A stretch of 64,000 bases of DNA from Tubiluchus corallicola (GCA_030141605.1 JAQGDQ010000729.1:42588-106587); one strand, 5' to 3'. Positions 11,301-22,791 are shown, counted from the first letter of the stretch. A program made the numbers and translations. Notes: generated by a model not told the origin, from the letters alone.

Positions 11301-11647
11301 ACAATAAAAACAAATTAAATCGACACCCATAATAGGTAAACAACCTTATAAACAAACACTCATTGGATCTTTATAATTGGCCTATTTTGACTTTGTCAGT
11401 TACTGATCGTTCGATGTCCTCTTCTTATTTTTCTCTTCTCTTATTTCTCTTTTTGTAAGGAACTAAAACACCATTTCCGCCAATCAGTGTTTGTTACACA
11501 CATCTTTATAAACAATGCCGGGCCTCTGAATTTTCCATTTCGAAATTGACCAAATTCCAGGTCAAAGAATTGTCAACTCTGATTCACAGAAGTGAGAAAC
11601 TACATGGTTCAATAGCTAATTTTTATCATCAAATAAAAAATAAACTA

Positions 11648-12568
11648 CAGTAGGTGCCACTTAATAGACTCACTTTGGGACCGAAGTGTTTTGACCCAAT
11701 TAACTGACTGAACCTATGAACCGATGAGTGTAGTATTACAGGTATAGAAGTACGAGTCATCAGTTTACTATGCACTGCAAAGGCTTTTAATGAATTTTAG
11801 AAACAAAGTAATGCCTAAATTCCTTTGTGCAGTTAAAAATTAGAAAACACGTTTTAAAATATTAATTTATATAAGTGAAATAACAATAAATTTAAATGTA
11901 TACTATTTTAAATCACAGACTTTTCTAAGTCTGTTTATTTGCAAAAATGACAAAAATTCCTTCAAAATTGGCTACTTCATATTCCCGCTAAGAAGTTGGC
12001 CCACAAAGTTCTTGTAATTATAAAAACGTTGAAAATCTGTTGTTGCGCGTGACTAAAACAGTTCTAAACCACCTGCTCACTTACACTGCCCTTATTTGCT
12101 GTACGATATTTACTCTTGTAAGTCACAAGGAATACCAACTGATTACTGTACCTGCATCTTTGACTGTTAACTCATTAAGCCTGAAAGCATGAAATGAGAG
12201 CATCAGAAGGAAACCGCTAGGCAAGTGATTAAATGTTTAGCTTCCAGAAATTCTTTAGGTAACAGTGGGCGAGTGGGTAACAGATTCAAAAACAAAACCG
12301 CTACGCTGGCGTATTAGCGCATGACAAACGTGCCTGCTTATAAACAAAACGGTACTTAACATGATTATTTCTGCATACATATTGCACAAAAGGGAAGTAA
12401 AGATGACATAAAAGCCGGAAAGGCTCTTTCGGTACATAAATATGTCTTATTTTAAGTAGGTGAAGGAAAAAATTGAGTCAATTACTGGCAGTTCTTATGT
12501 ATATTTGAATCTATTATGTATGTATAATTGAGTCTATTAACCGTGTGTCTATTAAGCGGCACCTACTG
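11648..12568. mobile_element. pogo/Tc1-mariner-like MITE, uninterrupted copy (921 bp)
   Basis: 26-bp TIRs CAGTAGGTGCC(A/G)CTTAATAGAC(T/A)CAC flanked by TA on both sides; a third, deleted copy lies at about 7836-8359. Confidence 0.88.
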
Positions 12569-13424
12569 TATGTATGAATTAACTAGATTGTAAATAAGAA
12601 AATAAATTATATATGAATTAACTGTGTAGTCTATCAAGCATTAGTCGTTGGCTTCTCACAACATATCAACACCAATATTTAATTCGCACACACAATTTAT
12701 AGAACAATATCCAGTAAATTGTATAGATCACCGAGTCTTCAAAAGCTGCTCTAAAATTGGAAATCAGGACTATTCCGTCTTTATAGTTTTTCTGTTTCAG
12801 TTGCCCATTTCCGTGAATTTCGTCTGTTCAGTGATGACGGAAAATCGGAGGCCCTAGCTATATGACATGATCAGTTAACGATTTCAAACAATTAATGCTT
12901 GACGTTTAAGAGATCAATTACCTATTCTGGTTGAACATCATTTTACGGGAGATTAATTTGATACAACTTGGTAAAATGAAATTAAACTTATCACGACTAT
13001 GCATTAGGTTGATGCTACTTATAAAAGTTAACTGTATTACGTTGCATTGAATAATTCACCAATTAATTATAGGTACAATGAAATTTCATCAGTACTAATA
13101 AAGACACGCCAAAAGTTGAAGATCTGCATAAGCTTTTGAAACGCTCAACAGCCGCCACCCAGGTGAAACCGAAAGTGAAAGAAATTATGGTGAATAAAGT
13201 TTGTAGTTAGTACACTCCACACTATAATCAAATCTCAAGTAGTAGAAGTCTTGAATAATATACTTCTAAAAGTATTTAACGATACAATGGAAGTTCGTGG
13301 TGCGCATGGTTAGTACAAATGCTGAGAAAAACAACTCGCTAACTGGCGATGGTATTAGAGGTTATGAATAGAGGTGAAGCAGCCACATGCCTGTTTTTTT
13401 TACAATATTACAATTAGTTATTAC

Positions 13425-13512
13425 CAGGAAAAGAATTTCTAAAAGTTGACGTTAGAATATCATCATCTGGATTAAAATCTAATTTGTTGCCGATGCCATA
13501 ATGGGCAGCCAT
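13425..13512 (-). CDS. COG8: COG8 (conserved oligomeric Golgi complex subunit 8) coding exon 1
   Basis: Minus strand CGCCACC-ATG-G (ideal Kozak) -> MAAHYGIGNKLDFNPDDDILTSTFRNSFP + G|GTAATA; 88 nt, phase 1. Matches the recalled human COG8 N-terminus (EDEGLLASLFRDRFP). Confidence 0.92.
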
Positions 13513-13790
13513 GGTGGCGAATGCATGATACGTGGCGTTCCGGAAATCTTTAAACGGCAATGCTTTGGTTACTCCTGCTTTTTTGTACGACCATACCTAA
13601 TAAATCAATGGTAATAATAGCGTTCGGTGATGATGGGCTGTACTTGTACAGTGCACTGTGCTTTAATAATTTTTCGTTAATTATTAAATTAACCAAAGGA
13701 TTTGAATTTTATTGCAGACCATCTGAAAACATCAAAGTTTTCCAGCTTGCACAGGTGCACCACAAGTCTAAAATGTTAACATACTCCAAG
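13513..13790. promoter_or_regulatory. Putative bidirectional promoter / 5'UTR region shared by COG8 and TRAPPC4
   Basis: 278 bp between divergent ATGs; contains ACGTGGC (13530-13536) and the ETS-like palindrome TTCCGGAA (13538-13545); possible TRAPPC4 5'UTR intron G|GTAATA 13611 to TTTTATTGCAG| 13717. Confidence 0.75.
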
Positions 13791-13965
13791 ATGGCGATTT
13801 ACGCCGTTTACGTTGTTAACAGAGCTGGTGGACTGATTTATCAATACGACAATAATTTGCCGAAAACAGAAGTAGAGAAGACATTTAGTTACCCACTAGA
13901 ATTGGTTTTAAAGTTACAAAACGATAAAGTTGTTGTTGCGTTTGGTCAGAGGGATGGCATAAAAG
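13791..13965 (+). CDS. TRAPPC4: TRAPPC4 (Trs23/synbindin) coding exon 1
   Basis: AAGATGG start; [20 protein letters not shown]...[14 protein letters not shown]...[10 protein letters not shown]; 175 nt, donor G|GTTCGA. An in-frame upstream ATG at 13773 could add MLTYSK. Confidence 0.95.
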
Positions 13966-14476
13966 GTTCGACTACTTCTTCCTGTTGATTTTAGCTTTGG
14001 TGTTTAGCTTTGCTGCCTGTCTAAGAACATAGGCGTAGGAGGATCTGGGCGCTATGGAGTTGACACTTGTACTATTTGCTTCTCAGTTTCACAGATTTTG
14101 CTGCAGCTGAGAACATAGTAGCACCACCACCAGGGGCATGTTCTAAGGATCGGCAACTCCAAACAAGAAGACATGCCGTCGTTTTGTCATGCAGATCTGA
14201 ATGTGACACTTGACTACTTTATATGAATGCCCTTTAGTCTGTTGTTGAATTGACATCTTGTAACATAATCATCGGTATATATTTTATCGATGCTGTGTAT
14301 AATCCTGTAGATTTTTATACCTGCCTTTGTTCCAAGGGCCTGTACATAAACGTGCTTAGATCGAGTTCTTTAATCTTTAATGAGCAAGTTCTATCACTTA
14401 GTGCTCGAGTCAACCCCGTCATCTTATTGATTTCTTTCTTGCATAGAAAAAATGATAGCATTCTGATGGGGAAAAC

Positions 14477-14712
14477 GAATTCTTAGAATGAAAATAACTG
14501 TTGGGCCCCACTTAAGCAAAGGCATGGGTTTTATTCAGACACAACATCTGCAATGGTGATTTTTGTCATTTTTTCACACTGTATTTTTATTTAAGTGGAT
14601 GTTTGTGTGAACATGACCTTAGCGGGTCAAAACGCCACAGATGTTTGTGTCTGAATAAAAACCATGTCTTTGCCTATGTGTGTGCTGGCTGTTATTTCCA
14701 TTGATAGAATTC
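14477..14712. repeat. Palindromic (fold-back) MITE-like element in TRAPPC4 intron 1
   Basis: Arms GCAAAGGCATGGGTTTTATTCAGACACAACATCTG and CAGATGTTTGTGTCTGAATAAAAACCATGTCTTTGC are near reverse complements. Confidence 0.75.
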
Positions 14713-14865
14713 TGCCTCGATGGGTGCCATACCCTGGTCCACATATCTACATAATCGACGCCAAGTCTAACTGTATACCACTTCAGAACAATCACTTTAC
14801 CAAGGAATTTAAAGTAGTCCTTAATTAGTGAGCCTATTTTCTAATTAATGATGTGATGGCCGCAA

Positions 14866-15148
14866 GTCGATATTGATCACAGTGACTCCGAGGTCTGTTT
14901 CTTTATAGATTTTGTCAATATTTGAAACTCAATTCTTTAAAACTATTCAAATGACAAAGACAAGATTTATTTACCGTTGCTCTTTAGCGCTTTTGGCTAA
15001 ATTGCGTCGATATTGATCACAGTGACTCCGAGGTCTGTTTCTTTATAGATTTTGTCAATATTTGAAACTCAATTCTTTAAAACTATTCAAATGACGAAGA
15101 CAAGATTTATTTACCGTTGCTCTTTAGCGCTTTTGGCTAAATTGCGTC
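14866..15148. repeat. Recent 140-bp tandem duplication
   Basis: 14866-15005 vs 15006-15145, one mismatch seen, GTC junction microhomology. Confidence 0.92.
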
Positions 15149-15302
15149 TTACACTTACACAATACAAGTTAGTACGCAACACACAAATAACGAATGACAT
15201 GTAAGGTATATGTCCTGGCGTTGGCAACCATTAGTATCGAACTCAAGACTATGTGGTTGCAGTCCTGAAATCAGCGTCACTTAGCCACTCAAACCAGGAT
15301 GG
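15100..15302 (-). mobile_element. tRNA-derived SINE
   Basis: Minus strand box A-like TGGTTTGAGTGG and box B-like GAGTTCGATAC, then a body and an AAATAAA tail. Confidence 0.55.
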
Positions 15303-15904
15303 TCAACATAAGAAAAATTTGTCTGACAAAGAAGCAAAATGGCCAGTATTGAAAACTGCTAAAGGATCCTTGATCTCATTGTTCACTGGTCATCTTGGTG
15401 GCCATCTGACAGTTGAACATTCACTGTGAAAAATTGTTTTTTGACTCTAACAAACTAGGTTCACCAATGAGTCATCATTCAGACTAGAAGTGAATTATCT
15501 ATCTTGCATTTTGTGGACTTAGGTAAAATATGACTTGTTTTGATCTGAGGTGGCAAATTTGGTAACCATGTTGAATGATTTAAATTCCTTAAGATCAGGA
15601 TGACAGGTTTTAAATTCTTGAATGTTACTCTTAAAAAATGCGAGCTTGTCGAAAAACACATTGTGGACTTCATTTTAAAATTTTCGTATGCAAAATTATT
15701 TCTCACTGCTAAATCTGCATCTTGCTAGATTTCGAAATTTTTTGTGTTTTGTTGGCGTGAAATCCCGATATTTGTATTTTTGCATGGCAAGCTGTACTTG
15801 TGCATGTAAAAACCTCATTATAACATTATACTTTATCAACATGTAATTTGTTAGTTTCTGGGTAGTCTGGCAAGTGATAAAATTTAATTTTTAATACTTT
15901 TTGT

Positions 15905-16389
15905 TAGTGATGGGCGATTAATAGATTAATCAAGATTATAACCACGTATAAATCGACATAATCGGTGATTGAACAGTAACTCAGTTAATCGAGGATAAAA
16001 TTTATGTGTTACACACTGACTAAAAGGCAGTGTTTTAGCACAAGTAAACAGAATTCTTGCATTTTTCTTTGCTTTTCTCATGTTGCACAATTCAGACAAT
16101 TGTAAACTACAGTGTTGCAAACTAGGGCTTCAAATTCGCTTTCACACGTCATGTACACAGTAACAGAGTAGTTAATGAATGTACATGTTTATAAAAATAG
16201 TTTGCGAGTAGGAAAATGGCAGACAGCGACGAAAGCCATGAAGAAGTTTATAGGCTATACTTCAATTCTGGAATGTTTGAAAAATATGGATAAAACACTA
16301 AAAAATTACCCCAAAATATTAATCGTGATATCTAGTTACAAGAACAAGATTGTAATCGAATTAGAAAATTTCATAATTGCCAATCTCTA
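15905..16389. mobile_element. hAT-like MITE with perfect 8-bp TSD at the TRAPPC4 exon 2 acceptor
   Basis: TAGTGATGGGCGATTA ... TAATTGCCAATCTCTA flanked by CTTTTTGT at 15897-15904 and 16390-16397. Confidence 0.88.
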
Positions 16390-16407
16390 CTTTTTGTACT
16401 TTTTTAG

Positions 16408-16582
16408 TTGGACACACTCTTTTAGCAATTAATGGCGAGCCAGTGTTTGGAGCTAAAATGGAAAATGGACAAGAGGTTCTGGATTTCATCGCAAACGAAG
16501 CAAATTACCCGATCTCGATCAAGTTCGGACGTCCAAAACTTCAGACGAATGAGAAGATAATGCTAGCTAGCATGTTTCACTC
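16408..16582 (+). CDS. TRAPPC4: TRAPPC4 coding exon 2
   Basis: TTTTTAG|...TC|GTAAGT; 175 nt (cumulative 350); [13 protein letters not shown]...[27 protein letters not shown] (PDZ-like insert, then longin). Confidence 0.96.
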
Positions 16583-16789
16583 GTAAGTATGCAAAAAAGG
16601 ATGCCAAAAACGCTGCAGATGGCGCTTTGTTCCATTTTGTTTATGAGCAAACACAGATTTAAATGGTGCAGTTGCTAACCTGCGCATCGAAGAATTCTTC
16701 GAAAGCATGTTATTAATAGGGGTGAGCATTCTCTACCAGAAGCGATGCTAACCTGTACATTGAAGAATTCTTCGAAAGTATGTTATCAA

Positions 16790-17091
16790 TAGGGGTGAGC
16801 ATTCTCCACCAGAAAGCGAATTTGTTACTTGCGAATTCGAATCGAACCAAATTTCAGTGTTTCGAATCGGAATCGAATTCGAATTCAGCTTGAAAGATTT
16901 GTGAACAAGTTTTCGAACCAGTATTACCTGGTTTTGTTCTGCAGTCAAACCACTATTAGTTTGTTAAAAATTTTGCACACAAATCACAGCTAAATTGTGC
17001 TAATTGCTTGATGTTTCAAATATTTTAATGATATCTAACATATGTGGCTGAAGTGCTGAAATCGAATTCGAACGTTCAATGCTCACCCTCA
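16790..17091. mobile_element. hAT-like MITE (TAGGGGTGAGCATT ends, TTCGAA-rich) with duplicated left junction
   Basis: TAGGGGTGAGCATT ... AATGCTCACCCTCA; the left junction is duplicated at about 16690-16746. Confidence 0.7.
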
Positions 17092-18604
17092 TTTGCTGTT
17101 TTTGCCTCACAATTAAATATAGTTCTTGGTTTTTACAACATGGCACCCACTGTTTGCCGCAGAATTTGCATAAATCTAGCAATCTCTATCTGCGTAAGTA
17201 TAGAACTTAAATCTATGTAAGCAAGTTAATTTTTGGGTTGTATATGTTCTATTTTTTCTGATAGATGGCTCTGCAATGTCTTGTATGTACAGTTTCTAAG
17301 TTTTCTTGTGAAATTTTTTTTTGGTCATATTTTCGAGCTGTACAAATTCACTTATATCTCGGTCATTCCGCGAACTGGCCATTAGACCATGACCTAAGAC
17401 TTATACACGTTAATTTACTTGGTATATCTTATTGGCATAAATTAGTATATCTTGCTTAGAGCAGGTATATTACCTGTATCAACAGACTAGAAATGAATAA
17501 ATCTATTTTAAACTTTTATAACATGTAATTGTTGTTTTGATATATTAATTTATGACTTGTTATTCTTTGTTTTATATATATATATATATATGTTGTCGTG
17601 TTTGCTTTCCTGTTCTTGTTATTGTTTTATTGTATGCCAGTAAATCTTAAATCATAAAGTCTTATATCTCAAAATGTTACCATTGTTATTAGAACCGTTT
17701 CAAAGGATGAAACAAGTAAAACGAAACTGTGCATTTAGACTCAAGCTAGAAAATAATAGTCCTACTGAAATAAACTGCAATGACCCTATATATTAAAAAG
17801 ATTGTGTTGAGTTTTCTTACAACTAAAATATTGAACTAAAAAACCAGTTTGTTTAAACTGTAATTATTGTATTGTCAACATTTTATTACAACATCTAAAA
17901 TCTATCGATTTAGTATTAGTATTACTTGGCGGGCCGTCACTTTGTTTACATCATTAAATCAGTGCAACTAAGCAACGTGTAACGACACGTGTGTAGCTTA
18001 AGGCATGAGTGTAGCTTCATTTAATGTTTAATGATTACAGTCAAACCTTGTTATAACACCTTCCTTTATACTGCCAAACTCGCTTAACACTTAGCAAAAC
18101 GAAATATCTTTTATTTACATATTAACATATTTTTATGAAACGAAGGTAATTTTTAAGTACAACTAAGTATCTGCCATATCTGCCATGAATTTTCAGTCAT
18201 TATAATGCACATCGTCACACTCATGAAGTATACTGAGTTATTGAGGGTAGCATTTCTAATTGTGAAGGGTTGATACTGGTGGAAAAGGAAGCCAGGTGAT
18301 TTGCTAACGTGTGTGATGTTATGGATGGCTGAGAACTCAAAATGCAATGTGTGTGCATGTGTGAAAAACTTAAAATACGTGTGACAAACTCCTAATGTGT
18401 GAGAGATGGCAGGACTGCTTTCGGGACTAATGTCAAAAGAAGCCAACTGGTTTGCAAACTTGCATGTGAAGTTGTGGAATGCGTGAAAATTGAAATCTGA
18501 TGCATGTGAAAGAGTTAAAATGCATATGACACATTCCTAGTATGTGAGAGATGGCTGATCTGCATTTGGGACTATATAATATCTTGCTTTGCTTCTAATT
18601 GCAG

Positions 18605-18708
18605 ATTGTTTGCAATCGGTTCACAGTTGTCACCGGAACCACAATGTTCCGGAATCGAAGTTCTGGAAACGGACGGTTTTAAGCTGCACTGCTATCAGAC
18701 ATTAACAG
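18605..18708 (+). CDS. TRAPPC4: TRAPPC4 coding exon 3
   Basis: CTAATTGCAG|...G|GTATTC; 104 nt (cumulative 454); [34 protein letters not shown]. Confidence 0.96.
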
Positions 18709-18963
18709 GTATTCCACGTTGCCATATTATAGTCTGTTGTATTGCGCAAATGCGACACGAATTCCTGGGTTCAATACCCGGATTTAAATGCTGCGTGTGC
18801 TCTGGATTAAGGTTGCTAGAATTGAGCAAAGAATAAAAAAACAGGTGCCATGTTCAAATACAATTTCTGTGATCTGCTGTTTGGTCTTTTGTAAAATACA
18901 AATACTGTACTCGATACTTTAAATCTACGGTATAACAATGCAATTTTACCCCCTTTTTTCTAG

Positions 18964-19090
18964 GCATAAAATTCATTGTTCTAGTCGATCCTAAGATGCA
19001 AGGCGTGGATGCTTTACTTAAAAAGATACACGAAATATATGCAGATTTTGCTCTTAAAAGTCCTTTCTACTCAATAGACATGCCAATTAG
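18964..19090 (+). CDS. TRAPPC4: TRAPPC4 coding exon 4
   Basis: TTTTTTCTAG|...AG|GTAAGT; 127 nt (cumulative 581); [42 protein letters not shown]. Confidence 0.96.
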
Positions 19091-19289
19091 GTAAGTAAAG
19101 GGACGTGTAAGAAAGTAAACTGAACATTTCAATCATGTTAAGAAGAGCGTTCATTTTGATAAGCTAGAGCGCTGAATGTAGATTCTTTTGAATGTGATGT
19201 GCATGATATGAAGTGTCTGCAATTGATTGTGTTCCTTATAAATTGTGTCAAAGAATTAGAATCGTGGGTTTGATTATCTGGTGCTTACA

Positions 19290-19990
19290 GTGTGTTCAGT
19301 CTAGCGACTTTTCTCTTCATACAATCTCACCAAATAACTCGCAAGTGTGTTCTCACTAGAGAACACAACTTGTTGTGAGTTACTCTTCGACAATTATCAC
19401 GAGCTGACACTCGCTAGACCACTTCTCTATTCACTTCAAGAAGTGTCGAGAGTAACTTGCCAAGGCATTCACACTAGACTTTTCTCGTCATACAATCTCG
19501 CCAAGTAACTCGCAAGTGTGTTCTGACTAGAGAACACAACTTGCCGTGAGTTACTCTCCGACATTAATCACGAGCTGACACTCGCTAGACCACTTCTCTA
19601 TTCACTTCGAGAAGTGTGAGAGTAACTCAACGTGGCATTCACACTAGACTTTTCTCGTCATGCAATCTCAAGTGACTCGTAAGTGTGTTCTGACTAGAGA
19701 ACACAACTTGCCACGAGTTACTCTCCGACATTAATCACGAGCTGACACTCGCTAGACCACTTCTCTATTCACTTCGAGAAGTGCGAGAGTAACTTGCCAA
19801 GGTGTTCACACTAGACTTTTCCCATCATACAATCTCGCCAAGTAACTCGCAAGTGTGTTCTGACTAGAGAACACAACTTGCCATGAGTTACTCTCCGACA
19901 GTAATCACGAGCTGACACTCACTAGACCACTTCCCTATTCACTTCGAGAAGTGTGAGAGTAACTCAATGTGGTGTTCACACTATACAGTA
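19290..19990. repeat. About 170-bp unit tandem array (about 4 copies) with internal hairpins, TRAPPC4 intron 4
   Basis: CACACTA recurs at about 19470, 19640, 19807, 19977; the unit has GTGTTCT..AGAACAC, CACTTCTC..GAGAAGTG and GAGTTACTCTC..GAGAGTAACT inverted pairs. Confidence 0.9.
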
Positions 19991-20021
19991 AATCAACTCG
20001 CAGCAACTGTCGGAGAGTTTG

Positions 20022-20495
20022 TATTACTAAAAATATAATTTTATAACCTCATAACCACTTTTCTGTCTAGAAATTAGTAATGCAATTGTAAAAAAAACTT
20101 ATTTTTAAACTCCGATGGTAGCTCATGGAAGAAGTCATTTTCTTTGGTTTTTTCTCTTGAACTTGAAGCCCTGAACTTAATCAGGAAGAGCCATCTACTG
20201 GATTTAAACTTCAATGTGTTGTTGTAAAGTCCATAGCAACCAACATTTGCGTGGTTGCTAAGTGTTTTTGTAGAAACATGACAAAAAACAATGGCTAACT
20301 TTAACAGCGATTTTCTCAAGATTATGTTTTTCAGTGTGAAGCCTGCACCTCAACTTCAACGTGGATTATCTCAGCTTAGAAATAACATAGAGCAATGAAC
20401 TTGGTATCAAAATGATCCTCACGAAATAGAGATTCAGGATATTTAAATAACTAGAAAAGCTTGATGCCATCTTATGGACGATTTTGCTATGCACG
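20022..20495. mobile_element. TIR MITE family W, copy 3 (partial, TRAPPC4 intron 4)
   Basis: Same sequence and orientation as 8960-9430. Confidence 0.8.
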
Positions 20496-20754
20496 CAATG
20501 ATGTTGCAATGGTTGCTGTTACTGCTGTTATTTTTGAACTGGTGAGGCACAAAAGCTGTAAGAGAAGTAGAACCCACAGCAAAAAGAAGCAATTATAAAT
20601 GGATGCTCCATGATTCCTGTATTCAATGCAGATAACAGCATATTGTGCGTAACATAGTGACATATAGTGGAAGAAACAGGAAGTGTTACGTGCTTATGCT
20701 CCTTTAATCGTTTCAATTAATCGACTTCTTGTAATTTTTCTTTGCTTATTTTAG

Positions 20755-20827
20755 GTGTGAGCTGTTCGACCTAAATTTACAGCTGGCTTTGGAACAAGCA
20801 GAAAAAACGGGAATAACAAACGTGTAA
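20755..20827 (+). CDS. TRAPPC4: TRAPPC4 coding exon 5 (stop TAA)
   Basis: TTATTTTAG|; RCELFDLNLQLALEQAEKTGITNV*; total CDS 654 nt = 217 aa. Candidate polyA signal AATAAA at 22222-22227. Confidence 0.95.
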
Positions 20828-21331
20828 CGCCCGCCATCTTAAAACGAAGTCGTTTGTCGGCCATTTTGACAGCTTGAAATGATAACTGTCGACTGCGATA
20901 TGGCTATTCTCACTGGTGGCGAAAACAGTTCTGTTTCAATGTCAGAAAGTTGTCGCTCTTCGCTTTGAGGTGTTGACTGTTTTATGCACGTGTTTTGAGG
21001 AAACATCCCAGCTATAGAACCAGTCAAAGTACATATATGCATTTCACTGTGGCATTTCGGAGTCAGTTGGTTGGTCGTGTGTGTATAACCGTGGTAACTA
21101 AGAATTGTGGACTTTTAGTAAATATACTCGAGCTACGATTTTTAGAAAATCGTCAAAAGGTGAAAATTCAAGTGTGATACATCCTGTTTGTTTGCTAGTT
21201 ATGTGTGTGATGACAAGACATCTTTGTACAGCCTCACTTTGATTCGTTTTGGCTTGTCAGAAAGTGGTCGAATTTGAATGAAATCTACCTTTGCTACATA
21301 ATATTTAGAGATGTTCTATCATCTGTTTAAA

Positions 21332-21845
21332 CAGTCGCGGCTCGTGCATAGGTACTGTGGAGCTGCAGTATCCCCTATTTTCACTCCATATTATCGATAA
21401 TATTCAGTATGATAAGTCCTTTTCCTTTAGTTCTTTCTTTATACTTGTACGTAACCAGAGCACGTGAGGGTTGTACTGTTTGCTTCACAGCATCTAGTAA
21501 TGCGGTGTTTGGCTGTTGAGTGCATGCGGCCAAGCGCACATGTCTGAGCCCAGGTAGAGAAAGTACTGTCGCTCACACAGTTTGTTGTCAGTTCTCACAT
21601 GCTTACGGTGAATGGATGAAGCTTGAACTGCAACAATTTAGGCTATTCATAAGCAAAAAATATTTTTTATATAGTATTTTATCAAGTTTCTGTATAAACT
21701 TTCGTATGTTTGTTTGTTTAAAATTACAATTACAAATTGCAACAGTAAAATTACACATGTTTGTTTCGTTTTGCACAGTATTAAGGCATTGGCTAAAAAT
21801 TTTGTGAAGCAACACCCCACTAATTTTAGTTACGAGACACCACTG
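21332..21845. mobile_element. hAT-like MITE family Z (CAGTGGCGGCTCGT TIR), in the probable TRAPPC4 3'UTR
   Basis: Degenerate TIRs, TSD TGTTTAAA/TTTTTAAG (6/8); homologous to 31843-32362 and 58264-58784. Confidence 0.85.
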
Positions 21846-22339
21846 TTTTTAAGTGTTGTGTTATCTATGAAAACGCGTCTGCTTCTGGTGTTGACACACA
21901 AACAACTCTAGCAGAATGAAATGGCTCAAAGCCATCATGTTTCAATTCACACATCGAAGATGTCAAACCTGAAGTCATTCAATGTATTTAGTTGACGGAT
22001 AAACTTGTATAAACAATTTCTTCATAATTGTATTTGAAAAAAAAAATCCTCTGCAATTATGTTTTCTTCTTTATCGAAGCTTTTGGGCTTACTAATGTTT
22101 GCCAGTTTTATGTACAAAAAAGTATGTAATCAAAGCTGTTATTTTTTTAAATTTCTGTTTGTAATCAGCCATTTCTTTCTAGAGTAAAACTCAGAATAGT
22201 CATGATGTATAATCTGTGAGCAATAAAGATGGTAAAAAGATAACTTTTTATTTAGCATGGTAACTTTCCTGTGTTCTGATGTATGTAAACTACAATGTGA
22301 TTGCCTGTCAATTGATTGCTAAATTATCAAATCAGAAGG

Positions 22340-22760
22340 ACCAGACACAGAGGGAAAAGGAGTGAGAGAGAAGATGGAGAAAGAGAAGAGAGAGAGAGGG
22401 GGGAGGGAGAGATGGAGAGAGAAGAAAGGAGGAGGGGGAGAAAGAGGGGGGAGGGGGAGAGGGAGAGGAGGAGGAGAGAGTGAGAGACAGGGGCAGAGGG
22501 AGAGAGCGAGACAGAAAGAGAGAGGGAGAAAGAGAGACAGACTGAGTGATTCAGAGGGAGATACAGAGGGTGAGAGAGACAGACAGAGGACAGAGAAAAA
22601 AAGAAGTGGAAAGACATAGGAGAGAGACAGACAGACAGAGGACAGAGAAAAAGAGAGTGGGAAAGATATAGGAGAGAGAGAGAGAGAGAGAGGACAGAGA
22701 AAAAGAGGGTGGGGAAGATGAGAGAGAGAGAGAGGGGGAGAGGGAGAGGAGGAGGGGGAG

Positions 22761-22791
<31 letters not shown>

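Noticed and set aside
13560-13790. 77-aa signal-peptide-like N-terminal extension of TRAPPC4 (ORF 13560-13988)
   Set aside because: Homology starts at MAIY (13791); the upstream part overlaps the promoter/UTR, contains a likely intron acceptor at 13717, and the ORF end is intron read-through.
18720-18790. tRNA gene in TRAPPC4 intron 3 (CTGGGTTCAATACCCGG T-arm); similar box B motifs at about 10004, 23880 and 49511
   Set aside because: No complete cloverleaf or acceptor stem could be built; treated as SINE-like remnants.
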